This document shows, piece by piece, positions 1 to 9,885 of a DNA stretch of 64,000 bases. The notes beneath the pieces are model-generated. The model was not told where the DNA came from and did no database searches. It was given only the letters and a program-made list of their open reading frames with translations. Each line of letters opens with the position of its first letter. The stretch's first letter is position 1. This DNA is from an uncultured delta proteobacterium (lineage in GTDB: Bacteria; Desulfobacterota; Binatia; UBA9968). The stretch is taken from positions 192,001-256,000 of the forward strand of contig CAVSLC010000005.1 in the NCBI GenBank assembly GCA_963728565.1. The letters run 5' to 3'. The position numbers were made by a program, and so were the translations under genes.

Positions 1-882
1 CGAGAGCAAGATACTCTTTGATCTCATCATCGGTGGGAATGCCGGTGCCGGTGAACGCTGCTTTTGAGGCCCGGTAACTTTCGTTGGCGATTTTAAAATC
101 GGAATTCCAGATGCTGGCGAGAAGCTCGCTGGCTTCCTTTTCTCGCTCCAAAAAATACTCTATTCGCCTGAGCGCGGGCGCGCAGAAAGCGCTTTAAAAA
201 GTCCGGCCTCTCCTGGAGCATCTTCAGGTTCACGGCCGCGCCATTCTGGATGCTGGCAAATTTATCGGTGGACGTTTCGAGAATCTTCATGTTGAATTTG
301 TCGCGGGCAATTTGCGCATAAGGCGGGCTGATGGCCGCCACCTGGATCGCATTGGTCGTCAAAGCCTGCAGCTGCATCGATTCTTCGCCAACCTGAATCG
401 AAGTAAGCTCCTTGTCGGCATTAAGGCCGTGCAGCGCGATCAAGCGTTTGGCAGTCGTGTGCTGGCTGCCGCCGAAGGTGACGATGCCCAACGTCTTACC
501 CTTGAGATCTTTGACCGTGCTGTACTCCGGGCGGGCGACGAGAAAGAACAGCGGTCGGCGCAAGGTTACCGAAATAACCCGTAAAGGCGCGCCTCGCTGA
601 ATCGAACGGATCGCGCTGCCGATGGAACCGAGAACATCAACGTCTCCGGAAATGCCGGCGCTGATGGCGAGATTGGCCGACATTCGAATCAATTCGCCGT
701 TTAGATTCTGCTGTTGGAAATACTTTCGATCTCGCGCGATGAAGAGATCGATGGAGGTCATCCCGCCGCTGGAATAACTAATTCGAATCCGCTCAGGCGC
801 GCCTTGTGCTAGGACGGCAGGTTGAAACGAGGAAAACTGACAACAGCAGAACTGAAATAACCATGAAAGCTCGAATCTTCAT
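1..882 (-). CDS. NitT/TauT-family ABC transporter substrate-binding protein (runs off window; two apparent homopolymer frameshifts)
   Basis: Signal peptide MKIRAFMVISVLLLSVF from ATG 882. A shift near 835 leads into PAVLAQGAPERIRISYSSGGMTSID...LKGKTLGIVTFGG (ORF 93..761). A second shift near 153 leads into LEREKEASELLASIW...TGIPTDDEIKEYL, open to base 1. Confidence 0.8.
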
Positions 883-1004
883 AACTGCATCCGCCCTTCG
901 CAAAATAACATCTCCTGAGCTGTCAAAGCACCGGCTTAAACCGTTATCATCCAGGTATGCGTATTCATTAACCTGGTGTTTAGCCGGTGTCCGCAGCTTT
1001 TTAG

Positions 1005-2432
1005 TTAGCGGATTTTATCTTCGAGGAAGCCATTCCACTTCTTGCCTATCTCACTTTTCAACTCTCGGCTGGCGCCGCTCACCTTGGGAAATGTCTCGCG
1101 CCATTCATAGGGGCGGGTCGCATCGATGATGGCGCGCGAGCTGAAACCCTTCTCTTCGGCGGGAATTCGCGGGTCCAATGGTCCGCTCCAGCAGCGCCGC
1201 AAAATATCGATCGACTGAGCCGGATCCGAGCGCGAGCTGATCGCCCAGATGACTTCTTCCGAATTGGTGATATCGATGTCGTCGTCAACGACAATGACGT
1301 AGCGGCCGAGATACGCGCCGGAGCGGCACTGGCTGGCGATCATCGCAGCTTGTTTCGCGTGGCCGGGATACCGCTGGCGGATCGACAACACGGTCATGAA
1401 GCGGCCGCCCGACGGGTGCGCCCATACCGCTTGCACGTCCGGAACTCCGGCTTCGTCCAGCGCATTCCAGATGAGCGCCGAGCGCATCAGCGAAAAGTGC
1501 AGATTGTCGCCGCTGGAAGGCTTCAACAATGGGAAGCCGCAAAGAATCGGATCATTGCGGTGGTAGACCGCTTTGACACGGATCACCGGCACCGCCGGTT
1601 GATTGCTCGCGTAGTAACCGGTCCATTCGCCGAATGGGCCTTCCGGCATGAAATCGTTCGGCAGCACTTCGCCTTCGATTGCGATTTCGGCGTCCGCCGG
1701 CAGCGGCAGTCCGGTCAAAGGTCCTTCGACGATGTCGAGCGCTTTGCCGGTAATGCCTCCGGCGTAAGCGTATTCGTTGATCCGGTTCGGCACGTCGGTT
1801 GAGGCAACCAAAAAGTTGATCGGATGATGACCGAAGGAAACCGCAATCGGCAAGGGCTTGCCCGCTTGGTGGTATTTGTCGCGATGGACGCGCCCATGTT
1901 TTCCCGGCGACATGTGCAGACCCAGATGATCGCGTCCGTGGATCATAATCCGGTAGGTGCCGACATTGACCCAGTTCTCTTCAGGATCCCGTGTAACGAC
2001 AAGATCGTCCGTGCCGACGTAACGCCCGCCGTCAAGCTCATGCCAGCGCGGCACCGGAAACTTGAGAAGATCGATGTCGCCGGCTTTTTGAACATTTTCA
2101 AACAGCGGCGCATGCTTAAGTTTGCGCGGCTCAATCGGTTCGATCGATTTGACCTGGCGGCGCCATTGCTGAACGAAATCGAACTCGCTGATGCCCGGAT
2201 CCATGCCCATGGTAAGAGCGAGACGTTGAAGCGACGAGAGCAGGTTGACGGCGACGCGGTAGCCGTCGGGATATCCTTCGATCCTATTAAATACAATGGC
2301 CGGACGAATCTTGGATCGCTCGTTGATTATTTCCGTCAAAGTCGACAGCTCAAGATCCCAGTGGGCATCGTTCACGGTCATCAGTTGGTCCAGCTTGTCG
2401 ACTTCGTCAAGCCATGTTCTTAAATCTGCCAT
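1005..2432 (-). CDS. UbiD-family (prFMN-dependent) decarboxylase
   Basis: Motifs NVGTYR, EGPFGEWTGYY, VIVVDDDIDI, WAISSRSDP, IIDATRP. Confidence 0.93.
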   Translation of the reverse strand: MADLRTWLDEVDKLDQLMTVNDAHWDLELSTLTEIINERSKIRPAIVFNRIEGYPDGYRVAVNLLSSLQRLALTMGMDPGISEFDFVQQWRRQVKSIEPIEPRKLKHAPLFENVQKAGDIDLLKFPVPRWHELDGGRYVGTDDLVVTRDPEENWVNVGTYRIMIHGRDHLGLHMSPGKHGRVHRDKYHQAGKPLPIAVSFGHHPINFLVASTDVPNRINEYAYAGGITGKALDIVEGPLTGLPLPADAEIAIEGEVLPNDFMPEGPFGEWTGYYASNQPAVPVIRVKAVYHRNDPILCGFPLLKPSSGDNLHFSLMRSALIWNALDEAGVPDVQAVWAHPSGGRFMTVLSIRQRYPGHAKQAAMIASQCRSGAYLGRYVIVVDDDIDITNSEEVIWAISSRSDPAQSIDILRRCWSGPLDPRIPAEEKGFSSRAIIDATRPYEWRETFPKVSGASRELKSEIGKKWNGFLEDKIR

Positions 2433-2456
2433 GGGTATTCTTCTTCCACTTTAAAA

Positions 2457-2530
2457 GTTCAAATGGTTCAAGCCGCTCAACCGCTTCGCTCCGTTCAAAC
2501 TGTTTGGAACGTCTGGAGCAATTTGAACGG
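2457..2530. repeat. Intergenic 9-bp-period GTTCAANNN / TTGAAC imperfect inverted repeat (REP-like)
   Basis: gttcaaatg gttcaagcc gctcaaccg cttcgctcc gttcaaact ... ttggaacgt ctggagcaa tttgaacgg. Confidence 0.7.
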
Positions 2531-2533
2531 CTG

Positions 2534-3628
2534 TCATCTTTCTATCGCCGGGACCTGCGGCGGTGCCAATGTGTGCAAGGAATCTTCCGGTTCTTCACGG
2601 TACAAATGAAAGGCGCGGACAATCGGCGTGTCGTTAACAGAAAACAGAATCGCCTCTTCCGACTTCGAACGGTTCGCATGCTCATGCCATGCCCAGTTGG
2701 GCACCGCAAAGGAATCGTGCTTCGTCCAGTCCATCGCCTTTTCATTGACAATCGTCGTGCCATTGCCGCCGACTACGAAATAAACCGCGCTGGAAGTATG
2801 ACGATGTTTTTTTGTGCGCTCGCCAGGTCGCAGTAATTGAATCCAGCAACTGAGCGTCGCCAGGGTCGGACCGCCGGTCATCGGATTGACATATTCCAAT
2901 GCCACGCCATCGTAGAGACTTCCAGGGCTATCCGCCAATACGCGCAGCTGCGGCTCGATGTCTTTCCAGCGGTAGCGCAACGGGATGTTTCGTTGCTTGG
3001 TATTTTCCCAGGACGGCCTTACCCACCCCGTGCGATGCTGCAGATGATCGCTCGATTTTTCGCGAACGGCTTGTACTTTGTTGCCCGGGTAGGGTTCGTA
3101 AAAGGGTTGATTGAGGCCAAGCAGAAAGGGCACGTCGAGCACGTCGACCCATATGGCGCTTTCCCCGGTGGGATTCTGGTGATCATGCCAAGTCCACTGC
3201 GGCGTCAGAATCAAATCGTTTGGCTCCATGGGACACTTCTCGCCATCGACGACAGTAAAGACCTTGCCATCGCCTTTGACGACGAAGCGGATCGCCGCCA
3301 ACGTATGGCGGTGTGCCCATGCGATCTCGCCGGGCTTGATCATCTGAATACCCATGAGCAAGGTATGCGTCGTGCCGCCTGTTGGTAGAGCGGGGTTGTT
3401 GAATAACAGACTGCGCCGGGCCGTGAAGCTCTCCTCCAAGACGTCGCAGGCCTCGAGTAATTTCTCATGCACCGTTTTCCACGGCCAGATGAAGGCCTCG
3501 CCGCGCGGCTTGGGCCCGCCGATGCACGCGGTCAAAAGCCCTTCGTAAAGCCACTGACCGCTGATGTGCTGGCGCCTGAGTTCCTCGTCGAATTGCTGAA
3601 GGGTTTTGTTGGTTTCGGCTTTTGCCAT
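2534..3628 (-). CDS. Gentisate 1,2-dioxygenase-like bicupin ring-cleaving dioxygenase
   Basis: RRSLLFNNP, AHRH...TPQWTWHDH, and second cupin HRHTSSAVY...VPNWAWHEH. Confidence 0.88.
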   Translation of the reverse strand: MAKAETNKTLQQFDEELRRQHISGQWLYEGLLTACIGGPKPRGEAFIWPWKTVHEKLLEACDVLEESFTARRSLLFNNPALPTGGTTHTLLMGIQMIKPGEIAWAHRHTLAAIRFVVKGDGKVFTVVDGEKCPMEPNDLILTPQWTWHDHQNPTGESAIWVDVLDVPFLLGLNQPFYEPYPGNKVQAVREKSSDHLQHRTGWVRPSWENTKQRNIPLRYRWKDIEPQLRVLADSPGSLYDGVALEYVNPMTGGPTLATLSCWIQLLRPGERTKKHRHTSSAVYFVVGGNGTTIVNEKAMDWTKHDSFAVPNWAWHEHANRSKSEEAILFSVNDTPIVRAFHLYREEPEDSLHTLAPPQVPAIER

Positions 3629-3649
3629 AGCTCACTCCCGAAAAATTAT

Positions 3650-3771
3650 CGCTTCGCTCCCGTTCAAGTCGTTCAAGCTGTTCAATACGTTCAAACTGTT
3701 TTTCGGAAAGTCTTTTGGGTTAACTCATAGCCGATTTGAACGGTTTGATCGCTTTGAACGATTTGAACCCG
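3650..3771. repeat. Second copy of the 9-bp-period GTTCAA/TTGAAC inverted repeat family
   Basis: cgcttcgctccc gttcaagtc gttcaagct gttcaatac gttcaaact ... tttgaacgg tttgatcgc tttgaacga tttgaaccc. Confidence 0.75.
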
Positions 3772-3776
3772 TTCCG

Positions 3777-4478
3777 TCATCGGCGCGCCGCCGACCTCTT
3801 GAGCCCTTCATAGTAGAAGCCGTCGAAGTAGACCGTCCAGGCCATCATCGATTCTTCAGCCGCGCGCAGCGCCGCCTGCTTCTGGTCATCCCGTGTCAAG
3901 TATTTTTCCAACAGTTTCAACGAGCCGTCGCCGTGAATCTGATCCACCGAATCGTGCATCCACCAAAACTCCGTGTCCGCTTTGGACAGGTTTAGCTGGC
4001 GGGTCCAGTAATCGGCCTGATGATGGGAAAAGTTGCCGCAGTTCGGATTGTTAGTTCGCTCGAGCACGGACTTGGCCGCAAGGCCCTCGTACCAGGAACG
4101 ATTTTTGGTCATCGCTTCCCACGCATTCATCGCCACTACCGTGGTCGGCAAGGGCTTGGCGAATTCAATATCGTGCCGCGTCAGCCCCACGGCCATTCCC
4201 ATGCGCACGAGAATTTCGAAATGCGAGTGGCCCTCCTGGGCCTCCTCCTCATAAAGGTTTTCTGTGACGATGAATTTACGCACCTCGATAATCGGACAGT
4301 TGCCAACGACATGCGCCCAGCACTGCCGGCTATGCCGCGTGAAATTTGACCATTGCTCGATCAATACTTGAGCCGCCTCACGGGTTAGATGATCTTTGGA
4401 AAATGACACCCACTTCAAGCGATCATTATAGTCGCCGACGATCTTGTCGACAGCCGCGGCAAATTCGGATTGGCTCAT
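3777..4478 (-). CDS. Heme-oxygenase-like diiron enzyme (TenA/PqqC/CADD-like)
   Basis: NLYEEE...HSH, SVLE and HDSVDQIH (H-x3-D-x2-H) metal-ligand pattern; likely start MSQSEF after a ggggga RBS. Confidence 0.8.
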   Translation of the reverse strand: MSQSEFAAAVDKIVGDYNDRLKWVSFSKDHLTREAAQVLIEQWSNFTRHSRQCWAHVVGNCPIIEVRKFIVTENLYEEEAQEGHSHFEILVRMGMAVGLTRHDIEFAKPLPTTVVAMNAWEAMTKNRSWYEGLAAKSVLERTNNPNCGNFSHHQADYWTRQLNLSKADTEFWWMHDSVDQIHGDGSLKLLEKYLTRDDQKQAALRAAEESMMAWTVYFDGFYYEGLKRSAARR

Positions 4479-4500
4479 GAACATCCCCCGGAACAAAAAA

Positions 4501-4568
4501 GCTGGAGTTGGAGGATTGGAGTATCGCGACTCCCAAACCCTTTACTCCACCACTCCATTACTCCATCA
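4501..4568. repeat. Intergenic ~8-bp-period TGGAG / CTCCA imperfect inverted repeat
   Basis: gctggagttggaggattggagtat ... tactccaccactccattactccatca. Confidence 0.65.
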
Positions 4569-4574
4569 CCGTGG

Positions 4575-5642
4575 TTACAATCCTCTGAGACTGACACCCA
4601 AGCCCTCGCCTTTAGGCACCTCTATGGCGCCTTTTTGGACCGCGAGGCCAAAGAATGGGTCTCCGGAAACAACCTCAAATTCTCCGAGCTCGCACAGCGG
4701 CGAGATCCCCGGCGTGCTCGCGGCTAGATGCACCGCCGCCGCATCGCCCACCATGCTACCGGCGGTATTGGAGAGCGCGCAGCTTATGCCGGCCTGTTCG
4801 CACAACTCGGCAATTTTCCTTACTTCCTGGATGCCGCCGATCTTTTGGATACCGGTGTTGATCGAATCCACCATGCGCTCTTTGATCAAGTAGGCGGCAT
4901 CGGCTAGTGTGCGCACCGACTGATCCGCCTCGATTTTTACCGGCGCATGCTTTTTAACTTCCCACAGCGCGCCGAGTTGATCGCGCGGCACGGGTTGCTC
5001 AAAGATTTCCACGCCATGATCGGCCAAGCCCTTGGCAAGACGGATCGCAGTCTTGGCGTCGTATGCTTCGTTGGCATCGACCTTGATGAATACATCATCG
5101 CCGACGGCCTGGCGCACTTTGGCGACCCGGGAGAGGTCCAGGCTTATCTTGCCGCTCATCTTGAGCTTTAGCGCGAGTCCTTCATCGGCCAGTTGTTTGG
5201 CTTCACTGGCCATCATCTCGGGCTGGCCGACGCTGATCATTTTGATCACTCTGATTTCATTTCGATAACGCCCGCCGAACAGCAGATTCAAGGGAATTTG
5301 GACGCTGCGCGCCAGCGCATCGTACAAAGCGCATTCTAATGCGGCTTTGGCTCTGGGGTTGCCGGTCAGCGTGTGATCCACGTCCGCCCGTATGCGAGCC
5401 AAATCTTCTAATTCACGCCCATTGATTTTCGGCTTGAGGACCGCGTCGATGACGTGGCGCGCGGTCTCCGGTGTCTCACCGGTGCGCGGGAAAAGATCCG
5501 AATAGCCATAGCCCTGGGCGCCTCCATCGGTAACGACTTTGACGAGCAGCCCGCGAGCGACGGTGAAATGGTTGGTCGCCGTAATCAACGGCTTGCTGTA
5601 CGGCATCTCGAGCACGGTGGTTTCAATGGTTTCGATCTTCAT
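4575..5642 (-). CDS. Enolase-superfamily enzyme (muconate cycloisomerase / dipeptide epimerase subgroup)
   Basis: KLK motif; metal ligands in VDANE, FEQP and EADQS; N-terminal capping domain. Confidence 0.85.
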   Translation of the reverse strand: MKIETIETTVLEMPYSKPLITATNHFTVARGLLVKVVTDGGAQGYGYSDLFPRTGETPETARHVIDAVLKPKINGRELEDLARIRADVDHTLTGNPRAKAALECALYDALARSVQIPLNLLFGGRYRNEIRVIKMISVGQPEMMASEAKQLADEGLALKLKMSGKISLDLSRVAKVRQAVGDDVFIKVDANEAYDAKTAIRLAKGLADHGVEIFEQPVPRDQLGALWEVKKHAPVKIEADQSVRTLADAAYLIKERMVDSINTGIQKIGGIQEVRKIAELCEQAGISCALSNTAGSMVGDAAAVHLAASTPGISPLCELGEFEVVSGDPFFGLAVQKGAIEVPKGEGLGVSLRGL

Positions 5643-5831
5643 CGACTAGTTGCCCCCGATTTCGCGCAGCTTAGAACAAAAGTCTCGTCTGACCGATATC
5701 ACAACCGCGTCAAGATCCGCCACTGATCGGACATATTCGCGGCTGAGAAGCTTATGTCGCGCGTAGGAACTCGCGTTAGCAATGGTGCCAATTGCGGCGA
5801 CGACGCTTGGCACGCAGCTCGTCGTGCCGAT

Positions 5832-6440
5832 CTAATGAGAGAAGGTAAATCGATCGCGGCAGTCAAGTTTTACCAGCCCGCAGAAAAAATCTCGCACCTC
5901 AGGAATGTTCATGAAGTGGTTGTATTCATAGTCCGGACCGTAACTCGACCAGATTTCCTCTCCGGGTTCGATATCTCTCACGGCAATATAGATAAAATAC
6001 GGATATTCGCAGATTTGTTTGATCGTAGCGTTTTGCAGATGCGTTGCTATTCCGTTGATCTCGCTTGGGGCGAAATTGATGCGGCTGACATGACCGCCAT
6101 GCTCTTTAGAGTCGATGTACTTGTAAGGGTGGGTTTTCTCCCAGGCGCATTCAGGGATCGATGCGATATAGTGATTGCCATGGGACTCATCGTCATCAGA
6201 AACCAGGCGGCCACCCAATTCACCGATAATTTCGTCCTTGTTGATTTTCACCGCCGCATATAACCCGTTGCCGGCACCGGGAATAGTCGATTTCTTTATT
6301 ACCGTCTTTTTTTCGTACTGTTGATTTATCTTGAGAAGTGCCGCCTCTTGGGCGAATCTTTGGGTGTAAATCAGCGCCGATATGCCTGAGATGAACACTA
6401 CAGTGAGCGGCACTATCAAGAGGTATTTTCGCCTTTTCAT
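5832..6440 (-). CDS. SET-domain protein with N-terminal transmembrane anchor
   Basis: KSTIPGAGNGLYA, SRINF...NA, IAVRDIEPGEEIWSSYG; N-terminus MKRRK followed by a hydrophobic helix. Confidence 0.8.
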   Translation of the reverse strand: MKRRKYLLIVPLTVVFISGISALIYTQRFAQEAALLKINQQYEKKTVIKKSTIPGAGNGLYAAVKINKDEIIGELGGRLVSDDDESHGNHYIASIPECAWEKTHPYKYIDSKEHGGHVSRINFAPSEINGIATHLQNATIKQICEYPYFIYIAVRDIEPGEEIWSSYGPDYEYNHFMNIPEVRDFFCGLVKLDCRDRFTFSH

Positions 6441-6502
6441 AAGGTCCCAGCCTAAACTTTGGAATTTGTCCCCGGCCCATGAGCGGCATCAAGCCAGGCG
6501 CA

Positions 6503-6727
6503 TCAGAATACATAACCTCTTTTCTCCGCCTTTCCCACCCGACCGAGGCCCGTTGCAGCTTGAGCAGCTCCTGGGGCGTTTTCTATGCGAATTTTCGCGT
6601 CAAGATTGTTGAGAGGCTCGTCAACAAGCAGCACTCGCGGCTGGATCACCACTGTGCGCGCCGGAGCGACTCTGCTCTTAGATAAGACTGGCCCAATCGC
6701 ACCTGGCACATCGGGATAGCTACGCAC
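6503..6727 (-). pseudogene. Fragment of ABC transporter ATPase
   Basis: RVAPARTVVIQPRVLLVDEPLNNLDAKIR resembles Walker B/D-loop; no Walker A, degenerate. Confidence 0.6.
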
Positions 6728-7003
6728 GAATCATGAAAAGACTTCGTCTATTGGATCGAATCTTGCCGAGAGACATTGTAGAAAATCCCCTCAGCTCCTT
6801 TGCTGGTCCAAGTGGGCCAACTTACAACTTCACGGACAATTCACGGACAGCCGATCAATACTGTTTGCTACTGCAGTTATTTACCGCGACCACTTGAGCA
6901 GCAACCAAGCGTTCTCGTGGAAAAACCTCAACGATCACGTCGCCTCGCTATGTCCAGCTTGGGAATTTCTGTTACTCATCGTGAAGGTTTGCCTGATAGA
7001 ATG

Positions 7004-9394
7004 TTAGGGACGTCTAATTCCGAGTTTGTCCATCCGCGACCGCAACGTGCTGGGATTTATTCCGAGGATCTCGGCCGCGCCCTTCTTGCCATGGATCACC
7101 CAACCCGTCTCGTTCAAAGCCCGGACGATGTGATGGCGCTCGATGTTTTCAAGCGTGTCAATCGACTGTTGGACGGTACTATGAGACTGAAGCACGGAAT
7201 CATCGATATCCACGATCGAACCACTGGCGAGAACCACCGCCCGCTCGACGACGTTTTGCAGTTCCCGGACATTTCCCGGCCAGTTGTAGTTCGTCAGGCT
7301 CTCCATCGACTTTTGTGAAACACTGCGAACTTCTTTGCCGAGCTTCTTGGCATATTTTCCCAGAAAAAAGTGGACCAGGAGCAGCACGTCTCCCTTGCGC
7401 TCCCTTAGCGGCGGAGCCTCAAGAGGCAATACATTGAGCCGATAAAAAAGATCAGATCGGAACGTGCCGTTGGCCACAACCTCCTTGAGCTCACGATTGG
7501 TGGCAGCGATCACTCGCACATCGACCTTGATTGTTTCGCTGCTACCCACTCGTTCAAATTCCCCTTCCTGCAGCACGCGAAGCAATTTCACTTGGGTATC
7601 GAAGGGTAATTCCGTGACCTCATCAAGAAAGATGGTTCCGCCATTGGCCAGTTCGAATCTGCCGATGCGGCGCTGTGTTGCTCCCGTGAATGCGCCTTTC
7701 TCATGGCCAAAGAGCTCGCTCTCGACCAAGCCGGACGGTATGGATCCGCAGTTGACTTTGACCAGCGGCCGATCTTTGCGCAGGCTTCGATTATGAACCG
7801 CTCGGGCGAGGAGTTCTTTGCCGGTGCCCGTCTCACCTTGAATCAATACGGTTGCTTCGGTGGGCGCTACCTGTTCGATAGTGCGCAGCAACTGACGCAT
7901 GGGCGCGCTCTGTCCGATGATCTCTTCAAAGTTATGTTCGGTTTTGATTTCCTCCTGGAGGTAAACGGTTTCGGAGTGAAATCGCGCTTTCAGCGCGTCG
8001 ATCTCTTCATAGGATTTCATATTGTCGACGGCGATAGCGATTTGGTTGGCAACCTCCATGAGAAACTGAGCGTCCCCTGCGCTGTAACGGTTCTTTGTCA
8101 GACTTCCTACAGTGATAGCGCCGATACTCTTGCCGCGAACAATAAGCGGCAGAGCACAGACGGAGCGAAACCCGTGCCCATACGCGCGTTCCTCCGAGGA
8201 AGTCCGCCGCCGGGCTTCAAGGTCACTGCGCAGAATGGGTTTTTGACTTACGAATGCCATCCCGGCGGGGCTATCGTGCAACTCAAGCACCCGACCGATG
8301 GGGGTGTAATCGTCGCGCCGGTATGGACCGGCGTAAGTGACCAGTCGCAGGACAGCGGCCGCCGGGTCGTAGAGTGAAAGTGAGAGTCGATCGAACGGAA
8401 TCGCCCGGCCGAGGACCTCTGCGATGGCGCAGAAAAGCTCGTCTCGCGTTAATTTAGTGACAATAGCATTGTTGATGCCTAGTAGCGTGCGGAGATGCTC
8501 TTCGCTCTTTTTCAACGCCTCGTCGGCACGTTTTCGCTCCAGCTCGACTGCAGCCCGGGTGGCGAATACTTGCAGGATCGATAGCGCCTGTTCGCTGAAA
8601 ACTCTGGGTTGGGTGTCGATCACGACCAGATGCCCTAAGATACTTCCGGCTGAATTCATGAGTGGAACGCCCGCATAACTCTGCGCCCCCAGTGTGATGA
8701 GTCCTGGATCCGCCGGAAAGAGAACTTGTAATCGCTCCGGGTAGGAACAGATATTTCCTTGGATGACGCGTTCGCAAGGCGTGCCCGCGAGTGGAAAATC
8801 CATGTTTTCACCAAAGCCTTGCCCTGCCCAAAAGGCCAACATACGAACTCGTTTGTCGGTCTCATCTGCACATTCGGCGACAAAACAGTAGCGGACCTGA
8901 AGCGCTTGAGACACGTGTTTGACCAACGAACGAAAGAATTCATCCCCCGTGCTGCCGGCCGTTCCCTCGGTGATGTGCCGGAGAGTTTCTTCTATAGGCC
9001 GGCGCTCGCTGATGTCGCGAATTATGAAAGTGGCTTTTCCGATGCCGACATTGTCCTTATAAAAACCACTGCAAACTTCGCCAAGAAAAACCGAGCCATC
9101 TTTGCGCTTGAAGTTGAGCTCGCCTTTGAAGCGGCCTTTTTGCTCCTGCTCTGTTAGCAGCACCGACAACCGGCTATCAGTGGGATCCACCAGCGCGGTC
9201 AGGCCGATTTGGCGAATCGCCTCCTTGGGCCAGCCGAACAGCCGGCATGCCGCGGGATTGGCGGCTTCGATGATTCCCTCGGCGCCAGAAAGTAAAACCG
9301 CATCGTTGCTGTTCTCAAACAGCAGCCGGAACGGATCTTCGCTGTCGCGCAATTCGGCATCGCCCCTGGTCGGCTCAATCGTACCAACGATCAT
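7004..9394 (-). CDS. Sigma54-dependent enhancer-binding protein, PAS-GAF-GAF-AAA-HTH (FhlA-like)
   Basis: [32 protein letters not shown]-terminal Fis-type HTH; N-terminal PAS ([10 protein letters not shown]...KRKDGS) plus two GAF domains. Confidence 0.95.
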   Translation of the reverse strand: MIVGTIEPTRGDAELRDSEDPFRLLFENSNDAVLLSGAEGIIEAANPAACRLFGWPKEAIRQIGLTALVDPTDSRLSVLLTEQEQKGRFKGELNFKRKDGSVFLGEVCSGFYKDNVGIGKATFIIRDISERRPIEETLRHITEGTAGSTGDEFFRSLVKHVSQALQVRYCFVAECADETDKRVRMLAFWAGQGFGENMDFPLAGTPCERVIQGNICSYPERLQVLFPADPGLITLGAQSYAGVPLMNSAGSILGHLVVIDTQPRVFSEQALSILQVFATRAAVELERKRADEALKKSEEHLRTLLGINNAIVTKLTRDELFCAIAEVLGRAIPFDRLSLSLYDPAAAVLRLVTYAGPYRRDDYTPIGRVLELHDSPAGMAFVSQKPILRSDLEARRRTSSEERAYGHGFRSVCALPLIVRGKSIGAITVGSLTKNRYSAGDAQFLMEVANQIAIAVDNMKSYEEIDALKARFHSETVYLQEEIKTEHNFEEIIGQSAPMRQLLRTIEQVAPTEATVLIQGETGTGKELLARAVHNRSLRKDRPLVKVNCGSIPSGLVESELFGHEKGAFTGATQRRIGRFELANGGTIFLDEVTELPFDTQVKLLRVLQEGEFERVGSSETIKVDVRVIAATNRELKEVVANGTFRSDLFYRLNVLPLEAPPLRERKGDVLLLVHFFLGKYAKKLGKEVRSVSQKSMESLTNYNWPGNVRELQNVVERAVVLASGSIVDIDDSVLQSHSTVQQSIDTLENIERHHIVRALNETGWVIHGKKGAAEILGINPSTLRSRMDKLGIRRP

Positions 9395-9454
9395 AGTGGA
9401 TCATCCCTAACTGTAGTCTTTTGCATGACTCTTGTTCTGCGTATTACGACGGGC

Positions 9455-9487
9455 CGCGACATTTCGCAAGCATTGCGAAATGTCGCG
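9455..9487. promoter_or_regulatory. Perfect 15-bp inverted repeat, candidate UAS for the adjacent sigma54 activator
   Basis: cgcgacatttcgcaa-gca-ttgcgaaatgtcgcg, about 70-100 bp upstream of the -24 element. Confidence 0.75.
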
Positions 9488-9534
9488 ATAGGTCGGCTCG
9501 CCGTAAGATCCGTTTCTAGAACGCTTCTCAACAG

Positions 9535-9547
9535 AATCAACCGCTTA
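9535..9547 (+). promoter_or_regulatory. IHF-binding site
   Basis: AATCAAccgcTTA matches WATCAANNNNTTR and lies between the UAS and -24/-12. Confidence 0.65.
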
Positions 9548-9553
9548 CATTGA

Positions 9554-9569
9554 TGGCATCACCTGTGCT
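9554..9569 (+). promoter_or_regulatory. Sigma54 -24/-12 promoter
   Basis: TGGCAtcacctgTGCt: GG 9555-9556, GC 9567-9568 (GG-N10-GC), upstream of STAS-ECF. Confidence 0.8.
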
Positions 9570-9604
9570 CTAGGATCGCAATAGTTTTAGGAGTCACAAG
9601 CTCT

Positions 9605-9874
9605 ATGCTGCGAATCACTCAAAGCTCTCCGGATGAGGAAACGATCAGTTTACGTTTGGACGGCACCCTTACGGCGACGGCGTGCGGCGAGCTAGAAGCA
9701 CTCTGCTCCGAATATCGGGAGAGTGGCGGGAAGATAATCCACTTGGACATGACCGGCGTGCTTTTCATGAACGAAGAAGTTGCAAAAAGATTGATGGAAT
9801 TACGCAGCAGTCGGCTGAGCATCATTAATTGCTCCCCGTTTGTCGAAATGCTCTTAAAAACCGTAGCAACATAG
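9605..9874 (+). CDS. STAS-domain protein
   Basis: ISLRLDGTL...IHLDMTGVLFMN...INCSPFV pattern; aggag RBS. Confidence 0.75.
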   Translation: MLRITQSSPDEETISLRLDGTLTATACGELEALCSEYRESGGKIIHLDMTGVLFMNEEVAKRLMELRSSRLSIINCSPFVEMLLKTVAT

Positions 9875-9885
9875 GAGATCAACTC

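Noticed and set aside
2457-3771. GTTCAA repeats as a CRISPR array
   Set aside because: The units are 9 bp with no unique spacers, and there are no cas genes.
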